Origin: a virus
Strand: one strand, 5' to 3'
Length of the DNA: 64,000 nt
IMG/VR virus record: IMGVR_UViG_3300030419_004148
Span: 1-64,000 of that record
The position numbers were made by a program, and so were the translations under genes. Every line of letters starts with the position of its first letter. Position 1 is the first letter of the stretch. Below, piece by piece: positions 7,927-17,151 of the stretch. Under the pieces are notes generated by a model. The model did not search any database. It worked only from the letters and a program-made list of their open reading frames with translations, and had not been told where the DNA came from.

Positions 7927-10683
7927 TGAACCTGCTTGTGTTAGACGTGGCACAGGCTGGATTGATTTTTCTACAATAGAAAAGAAACGAATAAAGCGTC
8001 GTAAAGTAAAAATAAGGAGAAAGAGAAATGAAGAGAAACTACATAGTAGAACTTGATATAAGAGATATGCAAATGCTAGAAATGTATAGAATGGGATTAG
8101 AACAACAACATCCTGTTAGTGAAGTTGATACTGCTTTACACGATATTTTATGGCAGATATCAGAGCAATACCACGAGAGAGAAATGGAGAGGAATTATGA
8201 ATCGACTAACTAAAGAAGAGTATGCTGAAAAGTATGAAGCTGATGGTCATACCGGACTACCTAAGTGTAAATGCTGTGGTAGAATAGATACTGATTTTGA
8301 TATGTATAATGAGGTTATAGATGAGTGAAACGTTAGAAGATAAATACCAATATATGTGTGAATTGGTTGAGGACCAAGCACGAGAAATATTTGAATATAA
8401 AAAGATAATTGCTGGTGCTCAAAAGGTAGAAGAAGAATTGGAATACTTTGTTCAAAATATTGCTGCTCTTATTTATTATCAATGTTCTTTAAGAGACCAA
8501 GACCAATGGTTAAAGCGAGTAATGGATAAAGGTATTTGGGAACCTGAAGCCATTGAGGAAGAAGAATGAGATGTGTAAGGTGTGGTAAAGATTATATAGG
8601 TATGAAACAGCATCATAAATTTAATTGCCCTCACTGTGGGGGTGACTAATGGTTTGTGTAGATTGCTCTTGTGAAAGGTGTGAACGAGCAAAAAAGGAAG
8701 AAATGGACCAATTCAAAGAGCAGATGAAAATTGAATACCCTGATTGTGTTAAATGGCAGAATGATGATTACAGTCCGTGCTTTTGTGTGAGGTGTTTAGG
8801 ATGAAAAATTGCCCGAAATGTAAAGAACAAGCAAAGTTCGATGAAGGTAATTTAAAAATGGATATATTAGCACATTACTATTGTAGTGAATGTATGATAT
8901 GGACTGAAAATAGACACACTAGCATTTGGACTGACGGTTGTGATGAATTTTATAGTAATGGAAAGGAAAGGAGTATTTGGAGATAATGTATAGCAACGGC
9001 GATTACGCAAAAACAGGACCGCATTTCAGAAGAGGTGGTTATAAACTTTGGAATTGGTGCGTTAAATGTGAGTGTGTGTGGGAAAAGAAAATTAGCTGGT
9101 GTAGAAAATGTAATTCTCGATTAAGGTTTGGAGGGCGTTATATTAGTAGAAGGGAGAAAGAATTAAAAAATGCTCCTAAAGAACAGGTGGTGTATCAAGG
9201 ATGAAAATATTACCTTATAAATACAGAGTAGCGATAGCTTTTTTACATTTTATAATGAGATTATTAGATAAAATATACGAAGGTGAGGACATCTGGGGTC
9301 CAGAAGAGCCGTGGTGGGATACACAATGAGAATTAAAAGGGCGGTAGAAGAGTTATCTTTTTTTACCCTGCCGTTATGGGAAGTAAAGAAGGTGAAGAAA
9401 AAATGAAAATAGTCACTTGTAATACGTGTAGATGTAAGTTAGTATTTGATTATGTGAGATATAGAGACACAGCAGGTAATCCATATTGTCACATATGTTA
9501 TACGAGGTTGCTAGTATGACATTAACTGAATGGTTGATGTTTGTAGCAATAATAGATGGTCCAATATTAGGATTATTATATATGCTGTGGAGGAAGATAA
9601 GATGAATTTATTAACAGACCACGAATCTGGTTTAATTGCTGGGTTTATGTTTGGGTTAGGTATAGGAATAATTATAGGATATTATATTTTATGAAAGTAG
9701 TAGTAGATAACATAGAGATATTAGATATAACGCTCGGTTTATACGGTAATGTTTTTGTTCGTGTTAGAGATATAGATGGGTATGAATACGCAGGTGAACT
9801 CACGGAAGTGATGGAAGATGAATGAATTATGCTTAATATGTAAACATATTGTCACTCCGTATGGAGGGATGATTAAAATCAAAGGAAAATCAATGCATAT
9901 GGAATGTGCTATGATGGAATTTGAAAGTGAAGTAAGAAAAAGAGAGGAATAAAATGAGAAAAAATCATATATTAGTGAAAGAGACAGGAAGCACAGTTTG
10001 TGGTATAACACAGCTATCTGTGCAGGAAAAATACCATATGAGTAAACCATATTGGAATAAATATATTACTTGCTCTAAGTGTAAGAAGGAGTTAGACAAT
10101 GGCTCGTGTATGGCGTGAAGGTGATAAGTGTCCGATAGGGCCGAGATTTACAACAGGTGGTTATGATAAATGGAATTGGTGCTCAATATGCACTGCAATT
10201 TGGGACAAAAAAACACTGCGTTGTAAAAACTGCAATCAAATGACACGTAGTAGAACAAGGTGGAAGTAATGAAGTATAGTGCTAGTTGTGATTGTGGTTA
10301 TGAGACCCCTTTAGTAGAAAATGAAAAAGATATTGATTGGGAATTATTAGAGATACATCAGGAGTTTTGTAAATGATGGAAGATATATGTGATTTTGTTG
10401 ACGGCAGTGGTATTACTGAATGCCCTGACTGTGGTGAGATTGTAGAACCTGAATTTGATGAAAAAACACAAATGGATAAATGTCCTTACTGTTATAATGG
10501 CAAATATATGTATGGTGATGCGTGAAAGTTTGCTATATTTGTAAGAAAAATAAATGTGAAGAACTTTTAGACATTTATTGTTTAGATTGTCGTTGGGATA
10601 TACATCACAGTAGACGGTGGGATAATAGAGACCTTTCGAAAGAAGAGTGGAAACTATTATATAGAAGGTTGAATAATAGCTAA
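7907..10683 (+). other. array of about 20 coupled micro-ORFs (26-82 aa), many CxxC zinc fingers, two single-TM peptides
   Basis: Chained ATGA/TAATG overlaps, e.g. 8566-8649 MRCVRCG..CPHCGGD, 8649-8804, 8801-8986, 8986-9204, 9403-9519, 9516-9605 (TM), 9602-9694 (TM), 10099-10269. Confidence 0.7.
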
Positions 10684-10758
10684 ATTAAGCCAATTAAGCA
10701 CTTGTTTAGTCAAGCATATGTTTATAGCATATTTGCTTAATTAAGCTGCGAGGAAAGA

Positions 10759-11088
10759 ATGACTGAAGAAGAAATTATAGAAAACGAAGAAGATTTGTTC
10801 GATATGGCAAATGAAGAGAAAGAAGATAATGTAGTTATTAAGAGAGAACTTAAGTTTGCTACATTTGAGTATGATGAGACTGAGAAAACAATTACGATTG
10901 AAACTAAGTCTGATACAATACCTGACCAAAACATACACGAAACTGATGAGCAATATCAAGAAAGACTTGCTCTTCACGAACCTGCGATTAATGGTAGAAT
11001 AAAACTAAATAAAGTTTATAGTTTTGCTTTGCTAAGATTTGTTATAAGAATAGCTCAAAGAAATTGGTTTAGGAAATTAAAGAAATAA
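10759..11088 (+). CDS. hypothetical protein with acidic N-terminus
   Basis: 109-aa ORF after a palindromic intergenic region. Confidence 0.7.
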   Translation: MTEEEIIENEEDLFDMANEEKEDNVVIKRELKFATFEYDETEKTITIETKSDTIPDQNIHETDEQYQERLALHEPAINGRIKLNKVYSFALLRFVIRIAQRNWFRKLKK

Positions 11089-11125
11089 ACCAGCGGGGTG
11101 AACGGCAGCACATAAGGTGATTTAA

Positions 11126-12022
11126 ATGAGAGAAGGAAACATTAAACCTGAACTATTACAAGGAAATGCTTTAGATGTTGTTAAGGAGCTAGATGATGAG
11201 TCAATACAATGTGTTGTCACGTCACCACCTTATTGGGCTTTACGTGATTATGGTAATGAAGGGCAATTTGGTTGTGAACCAACGGTTGAAGAATATGCTA
11301 ACAATTTAGTAAAATTATTTGAAGAGATTAAACCAAAATTAAAAGAGGATGGAACAGTATGGATAAACATAGGAGACAGTTATGCCGGGTTTTCTGGTAA
11401 CACAGGCGGTGCTACAGGCAGTGATAAGAGAGGAACGCGAAACGCTTCCATCATTAAGAAAGGAGCTAACCTCAAAGAACGAGACCTTATTGGTGTGCCG
11501 TGGGTGGCTGCGCTGGCCCTCAGAGAAGCAGGATGGTATTTGCGTTGTGACATTGTATGGGCGAAACCTAACCCCATCCCTGAAAGCGTTAAAAATAGAC
11601 CCACGCGCTCGCACGAGTTTATATTTCTGCTGTCGAAAAATCCCCAATACTACTACGATATGGATGCCATAAGAGAACCACTGAAGAGTAAGATTGGACC
11701 AGCTGTTAATAAGAAAGGAGAAAGACAAATAGTGGGTAATCCTAAAGGAAAGAACTCAAGAGATGTGTGGTGGATAGCACCTAAATCTATTCGTAATTCA
11801 CATATTGCTGTGTTCCCCCCAGAATTACCTAAGAAATGTATATTAGCTGGAACAAAACCCGGCGATATTGTATTAGACCCATTTTCAGGTAGCGGCACTA
11901 CTTGTAGAGTAGCTCGTGAATTAGGGAGAAAGGGAATTGGTATTGAATTGTCAGAAGAGTATCATAAACTAGCAATGAAATTAACATTTGGAGATAACAG
12001 TTCATTAGAGGATTTTCTTTGA
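11126..12022 (+). CDS. beta-class amino-DNA methyltransferase (N4-cytosine/N6-adenine)
   Basis: TSPPY catalytic motif precedes the DPFSGSGTT SAM-binding motif; AAGGTGA RBS. Confidence 0.92.
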   Translation: MREGNIKPELLQGNALDVVKELDDESIQCVVTSPPYWALRDYGNEGQFGCEPTVEEYANNLVKLFEEIKPKLKEDGTVWINIGDSYAGFSGNTGGATGSDKRGTRNASIIKKGANLKERDLIGVPWVAALALREAGWYLRCDIVWAKPNPIPESVKNRPTRSHEFIFLLSKNPQYYYDMDAIREPLKSKIGPAVNKKGERQIVGNPKGKNSRDVWWIAPKSIRNSHIAVFPPELPKKCILAGTKPGDIVLDPFSGSGTTCRVARELGRKGIGIELSEEYHKLAMKLTFGDNSSLEDFL

Positions 12023-12085
12023 AAGAAGTCCTTATATTTTTGTTCTTTTATTTCTTTTGGCAGAAAGTATTTATGGAGATGAAAA

Positions 12086-12589
12086 ATGAAAACTAACAAT
12101 TATACAGGTAAGAATTTTGAGTGGGAAGTGAGAAAATCACTGAAAGATGCTGGATGGTGGTGGTTTAGAATACAAGATACGAATGACGTATCGAGATTCG
12201 TTAAGAAAGCCATATCTGAAAAACAACCCGGCGATTTCTTTGCGGTTGCTGATGGTTTACCCATCTTAATAGAATGTAAAACTAGTAGGAATAAAACTTC
12301 TTTTCCACTTTATTATAATAAAACACCAGCAATTCCAGAACACCAGATACAATACGCATTAGATTTAGTAGATGCTGGTGGTGTTGCTTGGTTTTTAGTG
12401 AGAAGAGATGAACCTCGTAATAAAAGAGTGTTTGCATTAAGTCCTCATCAAGTTAGATTAATGTATGATAGTGCCAGTAGAAAGTCAGTTAAATGGCACG
12501 TTATAGAGACTTTAGGAATAGAATTAGAAAGATTATCTAAACCTGTAAGATACGATATAACAAAACTTTTAAATACTACTTTAGGTTAA
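12086..12589 (+). CDS. Holliday junction resolvase-like PD-(D/E)XK nuclease
   Basis: GKNFEWEV...PGDF...LIECKT. Confidence 0.75.
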   Translation: MKTNNYTGKNFEWEVRKSLKDAGWWWFRIQDTNDVSRFVKKAISEKQPGDFFAVADGLPILIECKTSRNKTSFPLYYNKTPAIPEHQIQYALDLVDAGGVAWFLVRRDEPRNKRVFALSPHQVRLMYDSASRKSVKWHVIETLGIELERLSKPVRYDITKLLNTTLG

Positions 12590-12595
12590 AAAATT

Positions 12596-12686
12596 TGAGG
12601 ATGCGAGGCTACACAACTGGGGTAGTCCAAACCGTTATCCAAGCAGGTGAAATTGATTCCTGTGAGCCGTCGGTAAGCATTCTCAT
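12596..12686 (+). ncRNA. structured intergenic RNA or 5' leader (multi-stem)
   Basis: TGAGGATGC/GCATTCTCA closing stem, GGCTAC/GTAGTC hairpin, ACCG/CGGT and GCAGG/CCTGT stems; TTTTAAATA about 25 nt upstream. Confidence 0.5.
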
Positions 12687-12695
12687 TAGGTAAAT

Positions 12696-13043
12696 ATGTC
12701 ATTAATTAAAGACTTTCTGGGACTCGTCGATGAAGATAGCGAAAACATAACTATAGATTCGTTATTTGATAGCGAAGTAGAAAGGTCTGTCTATGATAAA
12801 TGGATTAAGATATTTACTGATTTAAAGCCAGTGGCTATAGTGCCAATGCTTGCACAAATCACTGAAACCTATAAAATGAGTAAAGAGGAAGAAATAATAG
12901 TCCTTGCTTATGTAAAATATTTTGAGATAAACATAATGAAAATTAACAAGTTTATGCAAGATGGGTTAGATGGATTAGAGGGAGTAGAAGGAAAGGGAAA
13001 TGAAAATAAAAAAACTGAATACAGCGGGTCAATGTTTGGATAA
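12696..13043 (+). CDS. hypothetical protein
   Basis: 115-aa ORF ending MFG. Confidence 0.7.
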   Translation: MSLIKDFLGLVDEDSENITIDSLFDSEVERSVYDKWIKIFTDLKPVAIVPMLAQITETYKMSKEEEIIVLAYVKYFEINIMKINKFMQDGLDGLEGVEGKGNENKKTEYSGSMFG

Positions 13044-13308
13044 ACAATTCGAAAACATCTGGTCTAAGAATGGAAAGACAAAGCAAAAGTTAATGGATAA
13101 ATTAAGAACTCGCAAAATAGAGCAAACTTATGATAATTGCCGAGATTATTTTCTTGGCCGTTACGTGTGGATTGTGGACTCGAGAACTGGAAATGGAGAG
13201 CATATGAATATAAGAACAGAACAAAAAGCATTACGGAGACTAAACTATGGAACCACACGCACAATGGAGAACAAATATAGAAAGAAGAACAGAAAGCCTT
13301 ACAAGTGA
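13000..13308 (+). CDS. basic hypothetical protein (start uncertain)
   Basis: ORF in a coupled series. Confidence 0.55.
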   Translation: MKIKKLNTAGQCLDKQFENIWSKNGKTKQKLMDKLRTRKIEQTYDNCRDYFLGRYVWIVDSRTGNGEHMNIRTEQKALRRLNYGTTRTMENKYRKKNRKPYK

Positions 13309-13555
13309 TTGGTGGCCTTTTGTTGAAAATATAAAGGAAATATTAGATAAAATGGATGAAATGCATCACGAATTTAATATGCTTGAAAACAAAGTAGATG
13401 AAACTATGGGAATGGTTAAGGGCTTGTATAAGTCTTTACATAAAGTCGGTCTATTCGATAAAGAATTTAAACTTAATTGGAAGGCTGTCGAAAAAATTAA
13501 TGAGGTCATAAATGACGAAAGAAATGAAGGAAGAGAAGAATCCACCGAAAACTGA
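13247..13555 (+). CDS. coiled-coil hypothetical protein
   Basis: GGAG RBS, heptad-like pattern. Confidence 0.6.
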   Translation: MEPHAQWRTNIERRTESLTSDWWPFVENIKEILDKMDEMHHEFNMLENKVDETMGMVKGLYKSLHKVGLFDKEFKLNWKAVEKINEVINDERNEGREESTEN

Positions 13556-13820
13556 GCAAGAGAAAAAAGAAAGATATATGTCTTTGTTTTATGATGCCTT
13601 AGAAGAGAACAAACTCTTAAAGGGCGGAAGAACACACAGATTAAGTATAGGCGGCGTATCACTAGAGATTGTTCCTAGTGCTAAACTATCACCCCGTCAA
13701 GTATTTAATATGTATGTTGAGTTTCTAAAAGAGCTAAAAGAGTTACACGGAGATAAACACTTATTTGCTGCAGTTCCGAAGGAAGGCGCAGAAAATCCGT
13801 TTGATGGACTGTTTGGTTAG
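13512..13820 (+). CDS. hypothetical protein
   Basis: GAGGT RBS; ends LFG. Confidence 0.65.
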   Translation: MTKEMKEEKNPPKTEQEKKERYMSLFYDALEENKLLKGGRTHRLSIGGVSLEIVPSAKLSPRQVFNMYVEFLKELKELHGDKHLFAAVPKEGAENPFDGLFG

Positions 13821-14078
13821 ATGCGCGGAGCAAGAGACGGTGTAACACTCGGCAAATGCCAATGGTGTAATCGTAAAATAGTAGAAGGAAATTTAGAATT
13901 ATTTAGTGCGATGGCTAAAATAATCAATACTAAATGGTATTGTGGTGATTGTATATATTCAATCAAACCATTAGTCGATGAAATATCTGAAAGCTATAAA
14001 GCAATGGAAGATATTACTGAAGCTTTTGGAGAGCCAGTGAGACTCGACCCTAAGACGGGTCGTTTAGTAAGAACCTAA
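13821..14078 (+). CDS. zinc-finger protein
   Basis: CQWC...CGDC. Confidence 0.65.
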   Translation: MRGARDGVTLGKCQWCNRKIVEGNLELFSAMAKIINTKWYCGDCIYSIKPLVDEISESYKAMEDITEAFGEPVRLDPKTGRLVRT

Positions 14079-14095
14079 GTTTTATATACTTAGGT
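14073..14095 (+). promoter_or_regulatory. TATA box flanked by an inverted repeat, upstream of the replication operon
   Basis: ACCTAAGT-TTTATAT-ACTTAGGT. Confidence 0.65.
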
Positions 14096-14100
14096 GATTA

Positions 14101-14316
14101 ATGAAAATGGAGGTAATTATGCCACAACAGCAAAATAACAAATTAGATGAAATGGTTGGCCTGTTCCGTAATGAGAGCAAGAAAGGCGAGATTTATTACT
14201 CCGGAAAGACCAAAGATGGTAAAGACGTAGTAATGTTCCGAAACTCTTATTGGGAAGAGGGAAGCAACAAGCCTTATTTCAGACTATATAACAAGGAACC
14301 ACTTAGCCAAGATTGA
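14101..14316 (+). CDS. DUF736-like small putative ssDNA-binding protein
   Basis: GLFRNESKKGEIYYSG...FRN...KPYFRL pattern. Confidence 0.55.
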   Translation: MKMEVIMPQQQNNKLDEMVGLFRNESKKGEIYYSGKTKDGKDVVMFRNSYWEEGSNKPYFRLYNKEPLSQD

Positions 14317-14996
14317 GCTTTAGTGATTGGATAAAGTCTGACAAAAGCGAGAGAGTCTGGTTAGAAGACTCAATGACCGCTTTAGGGCAGTTTGCGTTTG
14401 TTAACCCTTTACACAGAGTAAAACACTATGTGCAGAGCAAAAACAGAAGAGTAGACTGCTGGGCAGAAAGAACAGGTAAGTGCATATACTGTGAAAACGG
14501 TATAATGAAGGTAAATGATTATACTTATGGTATTTTCACCGAGAAAGGAGATAATACAATAAAGTATATGGGAAGTGTAAATTTATCTACTCATACACTT
14601 ATACAGAATATATTTTCAGATTTGTTTGACAATAATATAAATCCTTGTGATTTAGTTTTTGAGATAACCAAAACAAAAATTACTAATCTGAATGGTAATA
14701 AAGTTTCGGGTTATGAAATCAAACGTAGTGATGAAGAAATGTTCGTGAAGGAAGTGTTTAGACCCTCTCCACTAAACGCTTTTCAGAATATAGTGAGAGA
14801 TTTCAGGTGGGTTGTTCCAGAAGAATTGGTTGTTAAGTTAGTCGATTTAGATGGACACCCCATCAGTCTTATTGATTTATTTCTTAAAATAAAAGAGATA
14901 AGCAACATTGAAGATAATACAGCAAAAAAATATGCTATTAGACTATTAGAGAATGGAGTGGTTGACTTGAAAAAAGCTAAGGAGTTTAGAAAATGA
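14313..14996 (+). CDS. putative gp32-like Zn-binding single-stranded DNA-binding protein
   Basis: HYV...C.....KCIYC metal motif; located in the replication module. Confidence 0.45.
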   Translation: MSFSDWIKSDKSERVWLEDSMTALGQFAFVNPLHRVKHYVQSKNRRVDCWAERTGKCIYCENGIMKVNDYTYGIFTEKGDNTIKYMGSVNLSTHTLIQNIFSDLFDNNINPCDLVFEITKTKITNLNGNKVSGYEIKRSDEEMFVKEVFRPSPLNAFQNIVRDFRWVVPEELVVKLVDLDGHPISLIDLFLKIKEISNIEDNTAKKYAIRLLENGVVDLKKAKEFRK

Positions 14997-15250
14997 ATAA
15001 TAATGAAAGAGCAATAGAAATGACACATCACTGTGTTAGAAATAATACTATACTAGAAGATATACACGCCGGTAAGTCATTACCTGACAAATATATGGAA
15101 GGTTATAGTAGGATTACTGACGAAGAGATGAAACAACTTATGCAAGAAATAATAAGTAATATTGAAACGTGTTTGGAGACACCTATTTTAGATATGATAT
15201 TTGATACAGGAATCTTTAAAGCACCAAAGGAATGGACAGGAATTAGATGA
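14993..15250 (+). CDS. hypothetical protein
   Basis: 85-aa ORF, ATGA overlap. Confidence 0.65.
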   Translation: MNNNERAIEMTHHCVRNNTILEDIHAGKSLPDKYMEGYSRITDEEMKQLMQEIISNIETCLETPILDMIFDTGIFKAPKEWTGIR

Positions 15251-16626
15251 GCCAATTTGAATTAACAGATTTAGTTAGATATTTTCATAACGTAAGAAAT
15301 GAAAAAGGAGAGCACGTTCCTATCATAGGAGAAGATAAACTTGCTGTAACAGCTGCTTTATCTTACCTATTAGAAGATACGAATTTTATGATTAACGCTT
15401 ATAGTGGGACTGGTAAAACTGTCATTATGAATGCTGTTTTTAATTTACTGAAGGATACTGGAATACCTTATGTAGTAATAGAGCAAATGTCTGAGACTGC
15501 TTTATGGTATGATATGGACAGAATTAATCAGTCTCGCTTTTTAGCAATACCAGAAGCACAAAAATGTCCAGAAGCTATTATTGAAATTTTAAAGACTTGG
15601 GCAGATGATAGAGAAGCAGTAAGAAAAAGAACTGACGTAACGATACAAGATGTTAGAGAACAAGTATTATTTCCTAAGTATGTTTTTGTATGTAAAGCTG
15701 TAGAAAATAAAAGAGGAGATGCATTTTTAGATGCTGAGTTAGAGAGACGTTATATGGTAACTCATACTAACCCAACAGTTAAACAAACCGAAGACGTTAT
15801 AAAATATAAATTAGATACTTTTGCTAAACCTCACGAAGATTTAGTTACTATGGAAGATAAAGAAATAGATGCACTTAGAAAACATATTGCTGATTGTATA
15901 ATAGAAAGAGATGACACTAGGGGTGTGAAAATAAGGAACCCTTGCGCTCCCTTTTTATATGATTTAATACCTACTTTATTTCCTATAGCTAGAAGTAAAG
16001 TTCATTATTATCTTAAATTAATTAATGCCGTTGCTAGATTTTATCCCGGCGAATTAGTAAGAGTTGAAAGAGATGGTGTTACCTACGGTTTGATAACTCC
16101 TAAACATAATTGGTTAGCTACTCAAATTTATATTGATACGTTTGTAACAGAATGTTTACAAATGCCATCACACGGAGTAGATATTTTAAAATTAATACCT
16201 GATACAGAAATTGATAAGTATGGGATGGTTACAAGCGAAGTAATTAAAATGTCTAAGAAAGAAATACAACAAGCTGCTAGACAAGCAGGGTTACCATTTG
16301 CACAGAAAAATATTAACCCTCTTTTAACATCATTAGTTATGTTAGGATTTTTAGAACAAGATGAGGAAGATAAAAAAATATCATACTTTAAATCTGCATT
16401 AGTTAGAGAACCTAGCACAAAGATAGATTGGTCTAATTTAATGAAAGGCACACAAGCATTAATGAAAGACACTTGGCCTGAAATTGCTGATGAATATAAT
16501 AAGAATTATTGCACTGAAATAGAAGTAGAAGACCCATTTACGAGGGAAAAACAAGTGTTATCTGCTGGTAAAGAAAAAGAAAAGGTGATAGATGACAAAG
16601 TTGACTACGGAGGGTGGTATGCTTAA
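15247..16626 (+). CDS. MCM-like AAA+ ATPase, putative replicative helicase
   Basis: Walker A AYSGTGKT, arginine-finger-like ELERRY, sensor-2-like IARS, C-terminal wHTH-like region. Confidence 0.7.
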   Translation: MSQFELTDLVRYFHNVRNEKGEHVPIIGEDKLAVTAALSYLLEDTNFMINAYSGTGKTVIMNAVFNLLKDTGIPYVVIEQMSETALWYDMDRINQSRFLAIPEAQKCPEAIIEILKTWADDREAVRKRTDVTIQDVREQVLFPKYVFVCKAVENKRGDAFLDAELERRYMVTHTNPTVKQTEDVIKYKLDTFAKPHEDLVTMEDKEIDALRKHIADCIIERDDTRGVKIRNPCAPFLYDLIPTLFPIARSKVHYYLKLINAVARFYPGELVRVERDGVTYGLITPKHNWLATQIYIDTFVTECLQMPSHGVDILKLIPDTEIDKYGMVTSEVIKMSKKEIQQAARQAGLPFAQKNINPLLTSLVMLGFLEQDEEDKKISYFKSALVREPSTKIDWSNLMKGTQALMKDTWPEIADEYNKNYCTEIEVEDPFTREKQVLSAGKEKEKVIDDKVDYGGWYA

Positions 16627-16900
16627 ACCATATAAACCTAAAGGTGAAATGTATGGTGTTGTAAGAGACATTAGCGGTGGTTCAAGATTAAGAGTGTTTT
16701 GTGAAGATGAAAGAAACAGAATGGTTAGAATACCCGGCAAACTAAAGAAAAAGATGTGGGTAAGAGTTGGAGACACAGTTGTTATTAAAAAATGGCCTAT
16801 CCAAGAGAATGAAAAAGCTGATTTAGTTTACAGATACACAAAAACACAAAAGGAAAGATTAATAAGAGATGGAAATATACCAGAGGTGTTACAAATATGA
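16592..16900 (+). CDS. eif1a: archaeal translation initiation factor 1A (aIF-1A/eIF1A)
   Basis: GEMYGVV..ISGGSRLRVFCED...RIPGKLKKKMWVRVGD.V....W..Q.EKADLVYRY signature. Confidence 0.93.
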   Translation: MTKLTTEGGMLKPYKPKGEMYGVVRDISGGSRLRVFCEDERNRMVRIPGKLKKKMWVRVGDTVVIKKWPIQENEKADLVYRYTKTQKERLIRDGNIPEVLQI

Positions 16901-17151
16901 GTAATAGACAAGCGTTAAACAGAGAACAATGGTTAGATTTATTGAGAAGTTGCTCAATGCATCACAGAAAACAAGCGGAAGAAACTGCACCAACAATAAT
17001 AGGACAGCAACCAACAGAAGAGCATATAATGCACAAAGTTTGGTCTATGTCTATAGATGAAGCAGTTGAGTTAATAGCTATTTTACCGACTACTGATGAA
17101 GAAGAGTCTGATGGCGATTTACCACAACATAGGAAGGGACCAATAGGATGA
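16897..17151 (+). CDS. hypothetical protein
   Basis: GAGGTG RBS, ATGA overlap. Confidence 0.65.
   Translation: MSNRQALNREQWLDLLRSCSMHHRKQAEETAPTIIGQQPTEEHIMHKVWSMSIDEAVELIAILPTTDEEESDGDLPQHRKGPIG

Noticed and set aside
11089-11106. CCAGCGGGGTGAAC resembles half of a type I-E CRISPR repeat
   Set aside because: The 5' palindromic half is missing and there is no repeat-spacer periodicity; I saw no CRISPR array in the window
11126-12589. Methyltransferase plus nuclease as a type II R-M system
   Set aside because: The nuclease pattern fits an Hjc/RecU-type resolvase better; an R-M role cannot be fully excluded without testing
12590-12695. BHB closure of the 12.6-kb RNA
   Set aside because: The flanks cannot form the 4-bp central helix
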